Shown: positions 12,797 to 25,495 of the stretch, one piece after another
Layout: each line of letters starts with the position of its first letter
Numbering within the stretch: the first letter of the stretch is position 1
NCBI RefSeq assembly: GCF_041956535.1
Contig: NW_027192192.1
Location: 7,388-71,387 of the forward strand
Reading direction: 5' to 3'
DNA: 64,000 nucleotides
Source: Calcarisporiella thermophila CBS 279.70
Lineage: Eukaryota; Fungi; Calcarisporiellomycota
Made by a program: the position numbers and the translations under genes
The notes under the pieces: model-generated
Database searches by the model: none
What the model was told of the DNA's origin: nothing
The model's input: only the letters and a program-made list of their open reading frames with translations

Positions 12797-14173
12797 CTAG
12801 TGATCTATGGGAGTATACTTTCCTCCAAACCAGCCATCTCCTGCTTGGGCTTTGATTAAATCATATTCCCCTCTCCATTTTTTGGTTATTATACGGCGTA
12901 CTTCATTGGATATGTTGGCATCTTTATGTGCTTGGAAATAGGACTGGGATTTGTCGATGAGATTATCCACGCCCAACCCGCCAATACCAAGAAGTTGCGC
13001 TGGAGTTTTGTCGTCAAGCAGTTGCATATTAAGAATCGTTTTTAGTGCACCACCGATATCACCCTTGAGAGCCGATGTAAATAGATCCAACCCACTCGCT
13101 AAAGCATTCACTATGAACTTATCCCACGCGATTGTGTTAGGGGGTTTATAGTTGGGGCAACTCTTATCTTCCCAGCTATAAAACTTGTAGAAATTGGATA
13201 GTTGCGCATCTTGGCGGAATTCTCCAGGGGGGAAGAAATCCTCCAGAGACCTTGGTGGTTTAATTTGCGGAAAGTTATTTCTGTCGTAGTTACATCCTGG
13301 AAAATCAAAGCAGTATGTTTTTCCCTTGCACGTGTCCGTCCGCGGCAACTTGTTCAGCTTGACTACGTTTTCTCTATAACACTTGACGTCGCTATCCGGA
13401 CAAGCCAATATGGCTGCCAGATTTACGGCCCACCCGTGCAGTCTCACAAATGCATTCGGATTGTTAAATTCAGACATATTCGATGGAAGCAACCCGTCGG
13501 CCATCAAGATACGCTTATATACTGCCTTTTGTTCTGCGGTCTTATAGTGCGTCAATATATCGAAGCCTGTCCCAGAATCCGGAAGCCAAAACTTTAACCA
13601 CGGGGAATCGGATTTAGGCAAGTTCAAGCTCAGCACCATCTTGCCGACAGGGTCTTCCGTATACGGGATATCCTGGTAATTAACAAGGCCCCATTTACCA
13701 TCCCAGACTACGATTCCTTTGCTACACGTGGCTTGAGGACAAAATGGAGAACCTTCCCTGCAGGATGCACTTGGCCTGTTGGAAGCAGTGATTTCGATCA
13801 AAATGTTCATCTCTTCTTTGGCTTTTGACTTGCTGTCCCAACCTCTTTCCGCACAAGAGTACCCCAATTCTTGCTCGTAATTAAAGGTCATTGGTACCGC
13901 TGGATAATAAAACTGGGGAGCATCGACATTTTCGACGGTATTATTATTCCTAGGGATTGCTTGGGTAGCCGTGGTAGAGGGAGCTTTCTTACTACGGTCG
14001 ATGGGAATGGAGGGTGTACTAGTCACTGTGCTCATAGAATTGCTGCCACGCGTATTGATGCTTGCCGTGGGGCTGCTAGTTGTGGCAGACCTTCCCCGTG
14101 TGTTGACGGTGGTGGGAGGAGCAGCAATAACAGAAGTGGTAAAGAGTGCAAGTAGTATTAGAGTTTTCATCAT
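12797..14173 (-). CDS. Intronless secreted protein of unknown function (458 aa) with Ser/Thr-rich N-terminus
   Basis: Signal peptide MMKTLILLALFTTSVIA, S/T-rich linker, Cys-containing core, Gly-rich amphipathic C-terminus. TATA-like element at ~14211-14217. Confidence 0.8.
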   Translation of the reverse strand: MMKTLILLALFTTSVIAAPPTTVNTRGRSATTSSPTASINTRGSNSMSTVTSTPSIPIDRSKKAPSTTATQAIPRNNNTVENVDAPQFYYPAVPMTFNYEQELGYSCAERGWDSKSKAKEEMNILIEITASNRPSASCREGSPFCPQATCSKGIVVWDGKWGLVNYQDIPYTEDPVGKMVLSLNLPKSDSPWLKFWLPDSGTGFDILTHYKTAEQKAVYKRILMADGLLPSNMSEFNNPNAFVRLHGWAVNLAAILACPDSDVKCYRENVVKLNKLPRTDTCKGKTYCFDFPGCNYDRNNFPQIKPPRSLEDFFPPGEFRQDAQLSNFYKFYSWEDKSCPNYKPPNTIAWDKFIVNALASGLDLFTSALKGDIGGALKTILNMQLLDDKTPAQLLGIGGLGVDNLIDKSQSYFQAHKDANISNEVRRIITKKWRGEYDLIKAQAGDGWFGGKYTPIDH

Positions 14174-15743
14174 TTTTGATGTGCAAACTCACGAATAACT
14201 GTAGAGGCCTTATATACTTTTTACTCATCAGATAAGAAAAGCTAGCAATGCCATTCAGTGGAATATGCAAGTACATCTTTGGTTATTGGTATAAGTAGCA
14301 TAAACCAATGCAAACAGGAGATCTTGCCACGTGTTGGCGGAGATGAGAAGAGTAGTAAGTACAGTGCTGGTAAAGAACTAGACTTCTAGCCATTTATGAT
14401 GTCCAACTTCTGCAAACACCCTTTCTTTAAATTCTCTTTCTTCATCTAATAATAAAGATTAGCAATGTCAAACAGTGGAATATAAATGTATGTCATTTTG
14501 CTATTAGTTTGAGTAGCGTAAACCATTTCAAAAAGAAAATAGTATCCTTTAAGTGTATTTAAAAGGGATTTACGTAGTAGAGATGGAATGCCAAGAAACT
14601 CTTTAATATATGACTATTGAGATTTGCCCCTGAATACCCTAAAATGGGTTTAAACTCCGAAGAGACCAATCATTTGGCTACTATTGTGTACTTTGGCCTG
14701 TGTCAAAGAAACTTCCCGGAATTCTTTAAATCCCACCATTAGAGCTTTATAAAAGATTTTGTGTTATTTTTTCCCCCCCAATGGTCTTTATATCCACATT
14801 GTAGGTGATATACACTACCCTTAACCTTACCATAACTAAAGTAGTTGTACAGCCTTGTCTTTTGAAAGACCGGTTATAAACCCAACATCGATAGCTAACA
14901 TCGTTAGTTAACATCGATAACTGTGTAGTTGGCTATCGTGATTGGTTTAGTCGAAGGAAAAGAACACAAATGGGTAAAAAGAGACCAATATGGTTGAAAA
15001 ATGACAGCTATTAAATGTTTGTTATTCTGTATTACTCGTAGCCCGCAAAACAGGGTTGCTAATTTCAATATCATCAATTCCTAAAATTTATCTAAACTGC
15101 TTGTAAAAGTGAATTACCCACCAGTCTTCGACAATTTTCTCTTCTTATTACTTTTATAAAATGAAGTTGACCTCAATCAGTATCTTGGCAGTTCGCTGCT
15201 AGCCTTTGACGATTCTAGTAGCGACATTAAACCCTGCATCATTTCAACTCAGTCATCCATAAGCGGATATTTGAACAAAATGAGAATCTGTCTAGAATTT
15301 AAGTGAACCGTCCATCTCAGGCGAGCCTTTTAATCCCGGAAATGCTATTTTAGTTAAAAGAGACGATGAAGCTTGTAAAGCCGCAAAGAAAGAACAAAAA
15401 ATTCGTTGAATAATATAGTAAGAGTATATAGGATGAATTTAGATCAAGCTGTCTTTGATACTTCCATCGACAACGAGGTGAAGAATTTTCGTGACAAATA
15501 CAGGGCCTTGCGAGTTCCTCAACCTACCTCGTTTTAATATATTATTATTACAAAATAGCCACAGGCCAATGGAGAAACACAATTAAAAAAAAAGAAGCAG
15601 AAATAAAAGAAAAAAAAGACCTAAAGAGAAGTTATCTAAGATGAAGCACTCTCCCCCCTCACCCCAGAATGACAAAGATGGCCAAGTGATATCTCATGGG
15701 ATTCAAATAAGAGTAAACGAGAACATCCTGAAGAGAAAGAAAA

Positions 15744-16647
15744 TTAGAGCTTCGCCTGTGCGCTCTTGAGCACATCGTTTAACTTTGTGGCCAACATGAT
15801 CTGGCCCTTGATCTTCAGCTTGCCAGCCATGAAAGCCTTTTGGCCGTTCAATTTCCCGGTGGCCATGTCCACAAAGTCTGAGTCGCTCACCGAAATCACA
15901 ATATCAGGCTTCTTGCCGGCGATGGTGCCCTTGACAAGCGAGCCATCGTTCTTGAGGTCCAGCGTCCAGGTCTGGGACTTCTGTCCGCTCTTGATGTCGA
16001 ACTGGAAGATGCCCTTCGCCTTGCTCATCTGGGCTTTCTTTTCGGCCGCGGGTGCACTCTTAAGGCCATCGGCAATTTGCTGGAACACATCTGAGGACGC
16101 GAAGCCTTCCTCGCGGATGTTGTCGGTTTGGGCCGAAGCGGCCTGAGCAGCAACGCCCTTGTTGGCGAGGGGGTTGATATCTCGGGTTTGCTTGAGAACG
16201 GTATCTATTCAATGAAAGATGAAAAAAATTATGTTAAATTAGTCCATCCGTCGGGGAGATGTCGTGGAAAAAAATAAAAGATGTGGGATCGTTACCAAGT
16301 TTGGTGGCCATCATGATTTGACCCTTCACCTTCAACTTCCCGGACATGAAGGCCTTTTGGCCGTTGAGGCGGCCGCTTCCGATCTCAACAAAGGTCTTGT
16401 CGTCGGTTTGGATCGTGATGTCCGGCTTCACTCCATCGAGTTTGCCACGCACCACGGTGCCAGCCTTTTTCATATCGGCGGTCCAGGTCTCGGTCTTGCC
16501 CTCGTTATTCTTCACGTCGAACTGGAACACGCCGTTCACCTGCTTGAGCAGCTGCTTTTTTTTATCCTCGGGGAGTGAGTCAAAGGTGCTCTTGATGGTG
16601 GAGAACACGGTGGAAGAGGCAAAGCCGGGGACGGTGATGTCAGACAT
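15744..16647 (-). CDS. Peroxisomal tandem SCP2 (sterol carrier protein 2) domain protein (intron 16205-16295)
   Basis: Two SCP2 domains (GVFQFDVK..LNGQKAFMSGKLKVKGQIMMATKL and GIFQFDIK..LNGQKAFMAGKLKIKG) joined by an in-frame splice. C-terminal AKL is a PTS1. Confidence 0.9.
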
Positions 16648-17117
16648 GGTTTCTTTGAGTATTGGAAAGAAATGTAGTGGGGAAGATAAAAGCCAAAGAG
16701 AAGAGAGTAAAAGTGTGGGGGAGAAGAAGGTGTGGTTAGGTAAGAAAATCAAACGAAAGAAGAAAAGAGAAAAATAGGAGTGTCGCCGTTCGGTTTATAA
16801 AGCAAGGGCGGGGGGTGGAAATTGACACAACCATGTGAACCTGAAAGCGGAAATTTTACACGTGAAGAAGGCCGCGGACTGGCGCAGCAATATCCATACT
16901 CTGCGAAATCCACTGTGGGGGTGGTACGCGGGGGAAATGCAGTCGGCGCTCATTTGAAGATGGGGACCTCAACGTGAAAAAAAGAGGCCCCGTTCTCAAT
17001 TTATACAAAACAACAAAAAAGAAGAGCACGTCCTTCTTCTATTTTATTTCTAACATGTGGAGTGGTATGTTATATTTGAAAATGGCTGGCAAAAATAAAA
17101 CTATCAAGAATGTGGAA

Positions 17118-18352
17118 TTAGAAGAACAACTCGCGCAGGATTCTTGCGGTATCGGTGGGGGAGGTGACTGAGTGTCCGATCACCTTAGGATGAGTGAAAA
17201 TCTCGTAATCGTTACCTCCCTAATATCGCAGGTAGGAAAAAAAAAGGCAAAACAATGGATTAATACTCTTCCATTCATGCCTACGCAAGGAGAGTGCCTA
17301 CTTACAGGGTAAGTCTTATCGCCGAAGAAATGTACTTCATCAAAGTTATCCGCCTCGATATGGCGCAAGCAGTAGGTCTTGTCCCATCCATTGGGAAATA
17401 CATCGAACGAAATCTGACCGCCTATCAAGAGAATATCAAATGCATCATTAGGCTCAGAGATCAAAAGTAAAATTAAGAAAGAGAGATAATACCAATGGAA
17501 TAGGTGAGCCCGAATTCGGGGAACTCGCTCTTGAGCGCCTCGACAAACTTCTTTCGGATTTCAAACTGCTTGTCATACTTTTCATATTCATCTCTTTCCG
17601 GTTGCCTACATAAACCATTATCATCAGTGTCCAGCTTTTCAATTATCGCATCAATATGGGGGTAGTGTACGAGCAGTTGCGACCAATGGGCGACACGTTA
17701 ATCATGCCCTTGCGGAACTCGATGAATGTGCCTCGCTTCTTGGGAATGTCAAGATCAGCGATGTATTTAAGGATAAAGTTGACCAATTTCTTGTATTTAT
17801 CTTCGCCAATAAAGTCGATGAAGCTCTGTTACCAGGTTGGAAGATCGATAACCAATGGAATTAGTGGGTTGTAAAGGCGCGTTGTGTAAATCTTCAACTT
17901 ACCATGGACGGAAGCTGTTTGCCAAGTCGGTAGGCAGTCAATCCATTCTCTGCAAACGCAAAGTCAAACAGGTTCACCACTATTATTCAGAACAACGAAT
18001 TATGTTAGAATAAACTGAATGGTCTGACACAAATGCTACAGTATAAGGTAGAGAAACATCTCACCATCGTTTCCAATCTGCTCCTGTTGCTTCACAAGAT
18101 CGGACCCTCCTACAAATCCAATGACCACCTTTTTCCGTAATTGGGAGAGGAGGAGCTGCATCTCCGCGGTAATGACCTACAACAAAGATAAAAATTAAAT
18201 ACTGAACAAAAGGAGAGGAAGGAGGGAGACAGAGCGGTCCTGCATTGGCATTAGAACGGGGAGACCATACTTACTCGACGGGCTGGAGTGAGAGTTCCAT
18301 CCACATCAAAAAGAACAAGAACATTAGGGCGTTCGCGATCAGAAAATGACAT
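17118..18352 (-). CDS. SEC53: Phosphomannomutase (HAD family), multi-exon
   Basis: [81 protein letters not shown]|GGNDYEIF. Confidence 0.95.
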
Positions 18353-18630
18353 TGTCGGTTGATTTATGCGATGATGGGAAAGAAGATCACTCGGCTTGAA
18401 AGGATGACGCTGAGATGAAAAAAAAAGAGCTGTTCAAACCAAAAATAACACTTCGACGTGTCGGTAATAAAAACGCGGTCTTTGAATGTCACGAAAATCC
18501 AAGCAGAGGGGATGTCGAGGGCAGTCAAGGTTGGGGAAAATTGTTTAAGACACAGGACCACCCGTGTTTATGCTTATATTAATAAAGTGCGAAGCCCAAC
18601 GCCTACTGATCCCCTTTACTTTGCTGCACC

Positions 18631-19711
18631 ATGATGGCTCTGTGCCGTCTACTTCCAGCATCCCAGGTGCGATTTCTGCGCCCCGCCCTCGGTGCACGTC
18701 TCGCTCTCTCGGCACGGTGGCACTCCTCGCTCCCGTCAAACAAAATGCAGGAAGGCGAGGACGAATGGGCCGTCAATGAATCGTTCCGGGCGCCCACGGG
18801 GACCCCTCCTCCTGATTCCGCCTCGACCGCGGAGAAAAAACTTGATCAGCGAACAGGCGCAGGTAGTGGCGATCGAAAGCGGTTGGATGTGAGCGAGAAT
18901 TTGTTAATCCAGCAAATGTTGTTTGAAACCAAGCCGGAGTCGAAAGGTAGGGTGTGAGTCTGCACTTACCAAGCTGCCCGCTTTATTTTTACTGATATAA
19001 TGGGCGCCTTTGTTTGTTTAAGATATAGGTCATGAGCACTCGAAGGAGGAAAATATCATTAAACCTTCAGAGGAGGAGAAACCTAGTGAGGAGGAAATTT
19101 TATCCCGTGTGGATATCAGAGTGGGGAAAATGATCCAAGTAGAAAAGCATCCGGAAGCCGACCTGCTATATGTAGAGCAAGGTGACATTGACATTCTATT
19201 CTGATTCCCCACAGGCCTACTGACTTTTTTTTTGGAAATTCCGCAGTGGATGTTGGCGAGGCGACTCCTAGAACCATCGTCAGTGGCCTGGCGAAATATA
19301 TCCCATTAGACGACCTCAAGGTGGGCGACCCAAAATCTTGGTTTGCTGGTGCTTTTATTTGACCTCGCTTGACTATAGGATCGACATGTCATTCTTGTGC
19401 GAAACATGAAGCCTTCCAAGTTCCGTGGCATACTTTCCCAAGGAATGCTGCTTTGTGCGTCCAAGGATGGGCGGGTGGAGCTACTAGAGCCGGCGGAGGG
19501 CAGCGTTGCGGGCGACAAGGTGTATGTGGAGGGCTTGCCTGTCGGAGGAGAGCCAGATGCGCAGCTGAATCCAAAAAAGAAGATTTTCGAACGCGTGGCG
19601 GAACACTTGCAAACAAACAGCGAGGGGGTGGCCCAATACAAAGGGCGAGCGCTAAGGACGGAGAGTGGGCTGGTGAAATGCCGTAGTATCCTGGGCGGGC
19701 GAATCTCCTAA
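18631..19711 (+). CDS. Arc1/EMAP-II-type tRNA-binding OB-fold protein with a mitochondrial-presequence-like N-terminus, multi-exon
   Basis: VDIRVGKMIQVEKHPEADLLYVEQ|VDVGEATPRTIVSGLAKY, NMKPSKFRGILSQGMLLCAS, LNPKKKIFERV. The N-terminus is Arg-rich and free of acidic residues. Confidence 0.85.
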
Positions 19712-20783
19712 TATTCCTTTTACTTCATCTTCGTACTTGTACCTTTTATTTTAGCTTCATGTTTCTTTTTTATATTTATAGCTATTCTTTATTGTCCTCC
19801 TAATTCTCTTCCTAATTTGACAATCATGTTGAATACGATATATTTATCTCTGCTTTTGGTTGCGACTTGTTGCGTCGTTATGAAATCATGGTTTAGCTTA
19901 TTGCCGAAGAGCAGGAGAGGCGAAGGGAAAGCTCTTAAATCGAGCCATTTTCAGCTGGTATGGAGCTTGGCTGGATTTTGCTTTGGCTTGCTTCTCTGCA
20001 TGCCTCCGGGCCAAGACTGGGTGGAAATGATGCACAGGGAATCGAATCAGAATCCGTGGAAAATTCCTGTGGCAAGCCTGCCAACGCCAAATCGGCTCCT
20101 CGCAGAGCTTAAGGGGAAGGAAAGGTAATCTATTAAATTCTGCATAAGATCGCGTTGGGACAGTCTACCAAGGCGTCGACCACGGGGGTGCCGTAATTGG
20201 CTAGGAGGGCTTCGAAAAGCCGGTCGCAATCCTCGGCAAGCACGCGCGCGCACGCAAACAATCCATAACCCTTGTTAGAGACACGGTGGATTTTTGGGGG
20301 AAGATGCTAACCGTGGGAACTGGAAGGGGGCGAAAATCGTGACTATTCTCGGCCGGAATCAAGGCCCTTGGGACCGCGCATTCCAATCGGCCTCTGCCTG
20401 CCCACGACCGCGCCCGCCCGTGGCCCACCGGAGGCTTCGGTTCGAGATAGAGCTCAGAGAACGCCCGCCAAGGTACTTTAGCTCATGGCTGCACAAGGTG
20501 GGACACGCGCCCACGATCAAATTGGAAACAAACGATCTGGTTAGGTAATGGAAAAAAGGAAATGAAAGATATGTGCGGAGTTGGAAATGGCGAGAAAAAG
20601 AGTTAGTGGTTTCTTAATTTTTTTCTTCGAGGGCGTTTCTCAAATTTTCTCGGTCAGGGTGTGCGAGCTCGGTTGGAAACCCATATAAAAAGAACGCGCA
20701 AGGCTTGCTTCCTGGTTGCAGTGTTCCAACTTCTTTTTTTTTTTCTCTTTATTCTCGCGTCGTAAAACTAAAACACAAGAGCT

Positions 20784-21424
20784 ATGTCTGGATTTCCCCA
20801 AGGTTACTTCTTTATCAAGTCCATCAAGACCGGCAAAGTGCTGGACGTGGAGGGCGCCTCGAATAAGCCCGGCGAGGACGTCGTGCTTTATCACATTCAC
20901 AAACTGAGGTCCGTCGACAATCAGCTGTGGTTCTATGAGAACGGCTACATCATCAACAAGAAGAGCAACCTCTGCCTGGACGTGAAGGGTATGTATCGTG
21001 ATAAGGCCCTCTTTCTATCACCCTTTTCTTATATGACCATTGTGCGAATAGGTGGCCACTTGAAGGAAGTCGCTAAGATCATCCAGTACCAGCGCAAGCT
21101 CGGCCAGGAGGCCAGCAACCAAATCTGGGAGTTCCAGAACGGGTTCATCTTCCCTCGCGCCAATCCGGATCTTGTGCTTGATATCCGCGGCGACAAAGAC
21201 AAAGATGCAAGTGTCTTTTTGGTCATATTCGCTACTGGATCTCGCGCTGACAATTTTTCTCCTATTTTAGGATGCTGAAATCATTCTTTACAAACGTAAG
21301 CAGACAGACAATCACAACCAGCTTTGGGAACTGGGTAAGTTGGCTGTTTATTTCCGCATATTCATGCAGAAGATGCTTACTCACTCCCCTCTTCTCCGTG
21401 ACCCTTGTAGTCCCCCACAACTAA
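20784..21424 (+). CDS. Ricin-B / CBM13 beta-trefoil lectin (cytoplasmic), multi-exon
   Basis: FPQGYFFIKS..GKVLDVEG; QxW repeats NQLW, NQIW, NQLW; LCLDVKG, LVLDIRG. No signal peptide. Confidence 0.9.
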
Positions 21425-21986
21425 ACCCCTCGTCCTGTAATCATTCATGTGCTTTCCGACTCTCTGTTGATATACTTTATGCTCTAAGCTTTCCAACCAA
21501 TAAAAACATGTTTATTAGTATGTAATATTGGATCATAAAGCGAAAAATCGATCAATCAAGCGTGATCTATAAGCACTGTAGCATATTTTGTTAAAACCAT
21601 GCCTATTTCTTTCCGATCCTGTAGAGAGGAGCCAATTTGGGCTACCGTAGGAGTCAACAAGAGTGGATGGCTATAGGTTGAATTGGAATGGGGGAAAAAG
21701 ATGGCAAAGAATCTTGGGAGTTTGCGCCATCCTGCTCTCTGTCCTACGCACCCGACTCCAAAGCGAGAAACAAACCCCAATGCAATAAAAAAAAGGCTCC
21801 ATTTTGTTCATGGCACCGGATGTGTGCCTATAGAAGAGGAGGGCCGTCTTGGTTCAATTCAAATAGGATTGCATTTTTTTATCGAACATAAAGGATCCAA
21901 ATTAAGTATGAATACAAATGGGTCAAATAAAAATAGATAAAAAGGAAGAGAAAAACAAAAAAACAATATTATTACAGAAACAGAAA

Positions 21987-24367
21987 TCATATTTCAATGG
22001 CTCCCGTTTGACCTCTCAGCCGTCTCCATAACCTCCGCCATGGTGCCGCAAATCGCGTCGCTATCCACGACAACGCCCTCTTCGAAGTCTGACCAAGCCT
22101 TGCACACACCCTACGCATCCCAGAACAACATCCAGGAGGCGCCGCCACCTGCACATTCCTTCGGAAATAGACTTTAGCTAGCTCTTCGACAAATCGCCGG
22201 TCATGCTTAGGGTCGAGCCCAAGATGAAGTAATTGTTCAGGCCGGATAATCACGCACGCCGACTCCTCGTCATAGCCGCCCTCGGCTAAGTAGTTGGCCG
22301 CCTCGGAAGTCTCGATAAGTACCTGCAGCTTGTGTAGAAGTTGCCCGGTCAAATGCCTAAAGTAGCGTACCAACTCAATCTCGAGCTCTCCATGCTCAGC
22401 TGGCTCCTCCTCAAGTTCGTGCTCAAACACACCCCCTCTTGTGCTCCCGCTTGGGCCAGCAATGCCAGAGCCGCTCACCAGACTCAGTAGTCCTCTCTGC
22501 TCCTCTTCTCCCTCCTCCACTCCCTTGTTGCTGGTAGTTTCACCGCTTGAATTTCGTCGGCTTTCGCCATCTTCTCGCCGATACCACCACCACCACCACC
22601 CGCCCACCACCATGTTTCTTGTGGTGTCGCCAAAGCTCTCTTCGCCCTCATCCTGGGGTCCCGCCATCCCTGTGCTCTCTCCGTCCCCCCACTTACTCAT
22701 CATGCTACGGAGCATCCGGTACCGTCGAATGTCAATCCTACCTATATGGGTGGTATTCAACTCTTTCGCGGTCGGACTCAACACAAATTCCGGTTTGCGC
22801 ACGCCACCCACGACGGGTGGGGGTGGCAGCGAAACATAGAGGTCATAAAGATGGGGCTTTGTGCTGTAGATTTTGTCCGTGGTGCCTAAATATCGCATGG
22901 AAGAGAGTCAGAGCACCTGTGGCAGACGCGAAAGAGCAAATTCTCTATAACTTACAAGCAACAAGTCCGTGCGGAATCGACGCTAGCATCTCGGCATCAT
23001 TGATGCTTATGGAAAAGAGCGGTTGGAGTTTCTCCTTGGGAGAAGGAAGGGAATAGCTGCTCGATGGCTGGGCTACTAAAAGACAAGAACCATATACTGG
23101 AATTCAAAATAAAAAATCAGTTTGTATGCTAAAGTCAGAATAGATGAAACTACAGATGCGTACCATAATAACATGCTTCCTCGACCGGTGGAGGCGCATA
23201 AAACAGCGTCTTTTTCCGTAGCAATGCCATCTTCCAAATGGTGAAGATGAAGGGTCCCATCGCACGCACGAACTTTCCAAAGTGGTGTGCAGGGTGATGA
23301 GGCTATTTGGCAGCATTTTTGTCAATCTAAAATATAATCATATATCCACTAAAGTTCCGCCTCTCGTTACCATAACAGAAAGTCGTTCTGAGATAGACAT
23401 GAGACTTTGAGCTCCAGATGAACTTTGCGACAGGCTTCGGTGACGATGGTCAAGATGGGTGCGAACAGACGTGATCGAAACCCCACGTCGCGCCTTGGTG
23501 TTCATGGGAGGGGAAGCAGGTGTAGTGCGGCGGAATTGATGAGCCTCAAGGTAGGCTTTGAGCCGATCGGTGTTTAACTGTTCCATTTCAATCATCTCAC
23601 TACCAAACCAAACCAATATCGTCAAGCTATCACTCGGGAAATACCTTACAAAGAGGCAACGTGAGCTGCATACCTAGCTTCGTATTTGAGAAAGTCGAGA
23701 TGTCTCCAGACTTGGCCACATTTGCCACTCTCTAGGGTCGGCACTACCAATAGGCCAACGGAACGCATACGCGCTCCGCGTTCCTCGGCAAAAGGGCGGT
23801 TTTCAAAAACACACAGGCCAATATAGGGCGGGTGGGAAAAGTAACTATACCAGAGGAAATCCCTTAAAAATCTTGACAACAAGCAAAAGATGGTCATGGC
23901 CAAGGTGACACTTACATGACATCTTTGCTGACGTTATGGATAGCGCTGGGTATTGCTTTAAATTCGACGCCCTCCAAATCAATATCTTTCAAGTTCGCAG
24001 AGTTAGCAGGAATAGTCATATGGGCAAGATCAAAAAGGCCCTACGAACCAGCTGGATATTGCCACTCTATGGTGTTTCCTTTGGTAATGTCGAATTTGGC
24101 GACAAAAACACCCACGACATTGGACTCGTATTGTTCCTCACAATCCTCCTGATCATCTTGTTCCACCTCCGATCTTGCGTCCCGAGCCACTACCCCATTG
24201 CCTTTGTCTTCATGGTCATTCGAGGGTATATTCTTGGAGACAATTTCAGCATAAGTTAGTGGCATATTAGAAGCAGTGCCATTGGTGATTGCCGTGGTTG
24301 CTTCTCCTGCAGACGACCCATCCCAGGCGACATGGTGGTTGCCGCCGGGTGTATGCTCGTCGTTCAT
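21987..24367 (-). CDS. DENN-domain protein, DENND11/LCHN/Anr2-like (DUF2347), multi-exon; start could extend to 24460
   Basis: VVGVFVAKFDITKGNTIEWQYP, LEGVEFKAIPSAIHNVSKDV, YIGLCVFENRP..RGARMRSVGLLV, GTTDKIYSTKPHLYDLYV. Confidence 0.8.
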
Positions 24368-24536
24368 TGGGGGAAAATGTTTAAGAAAGGTTGGGAGTGA
24401 GAGGCGGTCTATACCGAATTTTTCTTCTCCAAGTGAGAGAATCGATATCGCCGACGTCATAAACGCGAAATAAGATGCATTATCGTCGAAAAAGAAAAAG
24501 TGACTTTATCCTATCAAATAAGTTTATGCGACAATC

Positions 24537-25107
24537 ATGTCAACCATTCGTTTAACACCCTCAAGAGAGAAGCCTTCCACCGCGACTCTTCATCTTCTTC
24601 CTTGCTGCATTGAGCACACTGGGCCTTCCAAAGTGGACTCTTTCTTTATAGTCTCTCAAGACGAATCATGTAAACCCTTATTATTGTATGGTATCCCCTA
24701 TCGAATTGGTTTATTAACAGCTCGTTGCACCGATAGCTCCTCATCTTCAGTCCTGTTTCCGAGGCCGTCGGCTTGTCGGAGAATCCATAAGCATTCCAAG
24801 TGGTTACCAGGGCGTGGTATTTCAAGAGAACAAAAATGAGAATGGATACAAAAAATGGGCATCGAATGGGGTGGAGGAGGAGGAGGAGCGGATAAGAGAA
24901 TGGGGGCCCAAGGCTACATTTGAGAAAATGGTTGTATGGGATCACGATAAAGTGCCGGCAAACAAGTGGAAGCGAGTGGAGGAATGGGTTAGAATGGCAA
25001 ACATTGTAAGTTGTTATATCATATTAATTGTTCTACCTCGATTCGAACGTCAGGCACAGATATTAATTTGTTTTTCTTTGCGCTCTCGCTAGTTGCACGG
25101 TAAATAA
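24537..25107 (+). CDS. RNH203: Ribonuclease H2 subunit C (non-catalytic), 3 exons
   Basis: LHLLPCCIEHTGPSKVDSFF, FRGRRLVG, FEKMVVWDHDKVP, WVRMANI|LH. Confidence 0.88.
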
Positions 25108-25495
25108 TAGAGAGGCGGCAGAGTTTGTCTTTCCTTGCGTGGATGGAGGGTGAGCACAAGCCCTCGATATGGCGAGGATAGGTCATGGAATATCTCCCAA
25201 AATCATATTCAGATAATGCGCATAGATAAAATCACCCCAAAAGATAAAATATGAAAAGAAATTGCGTGAAAGTTTGGCTAGCCCTGCTCCTTATTGCTTT
25301 TGTATTGCTTCCTATCCGTTCTCTCTCGTTTGGGTTCTGCCGAAGCTCTCCGACCCATTGAGAGCAACAAGCCCTGATTTTAAACTCTGACTCCGTAAAT
25401 TGGTTCATACATTTTTTAACGCTATTGTTTTTCTACTTTTTTTCATCCCTAAATTGATCCATACTCCATGCTCATCACTTAACCCTTTCCCTTGA

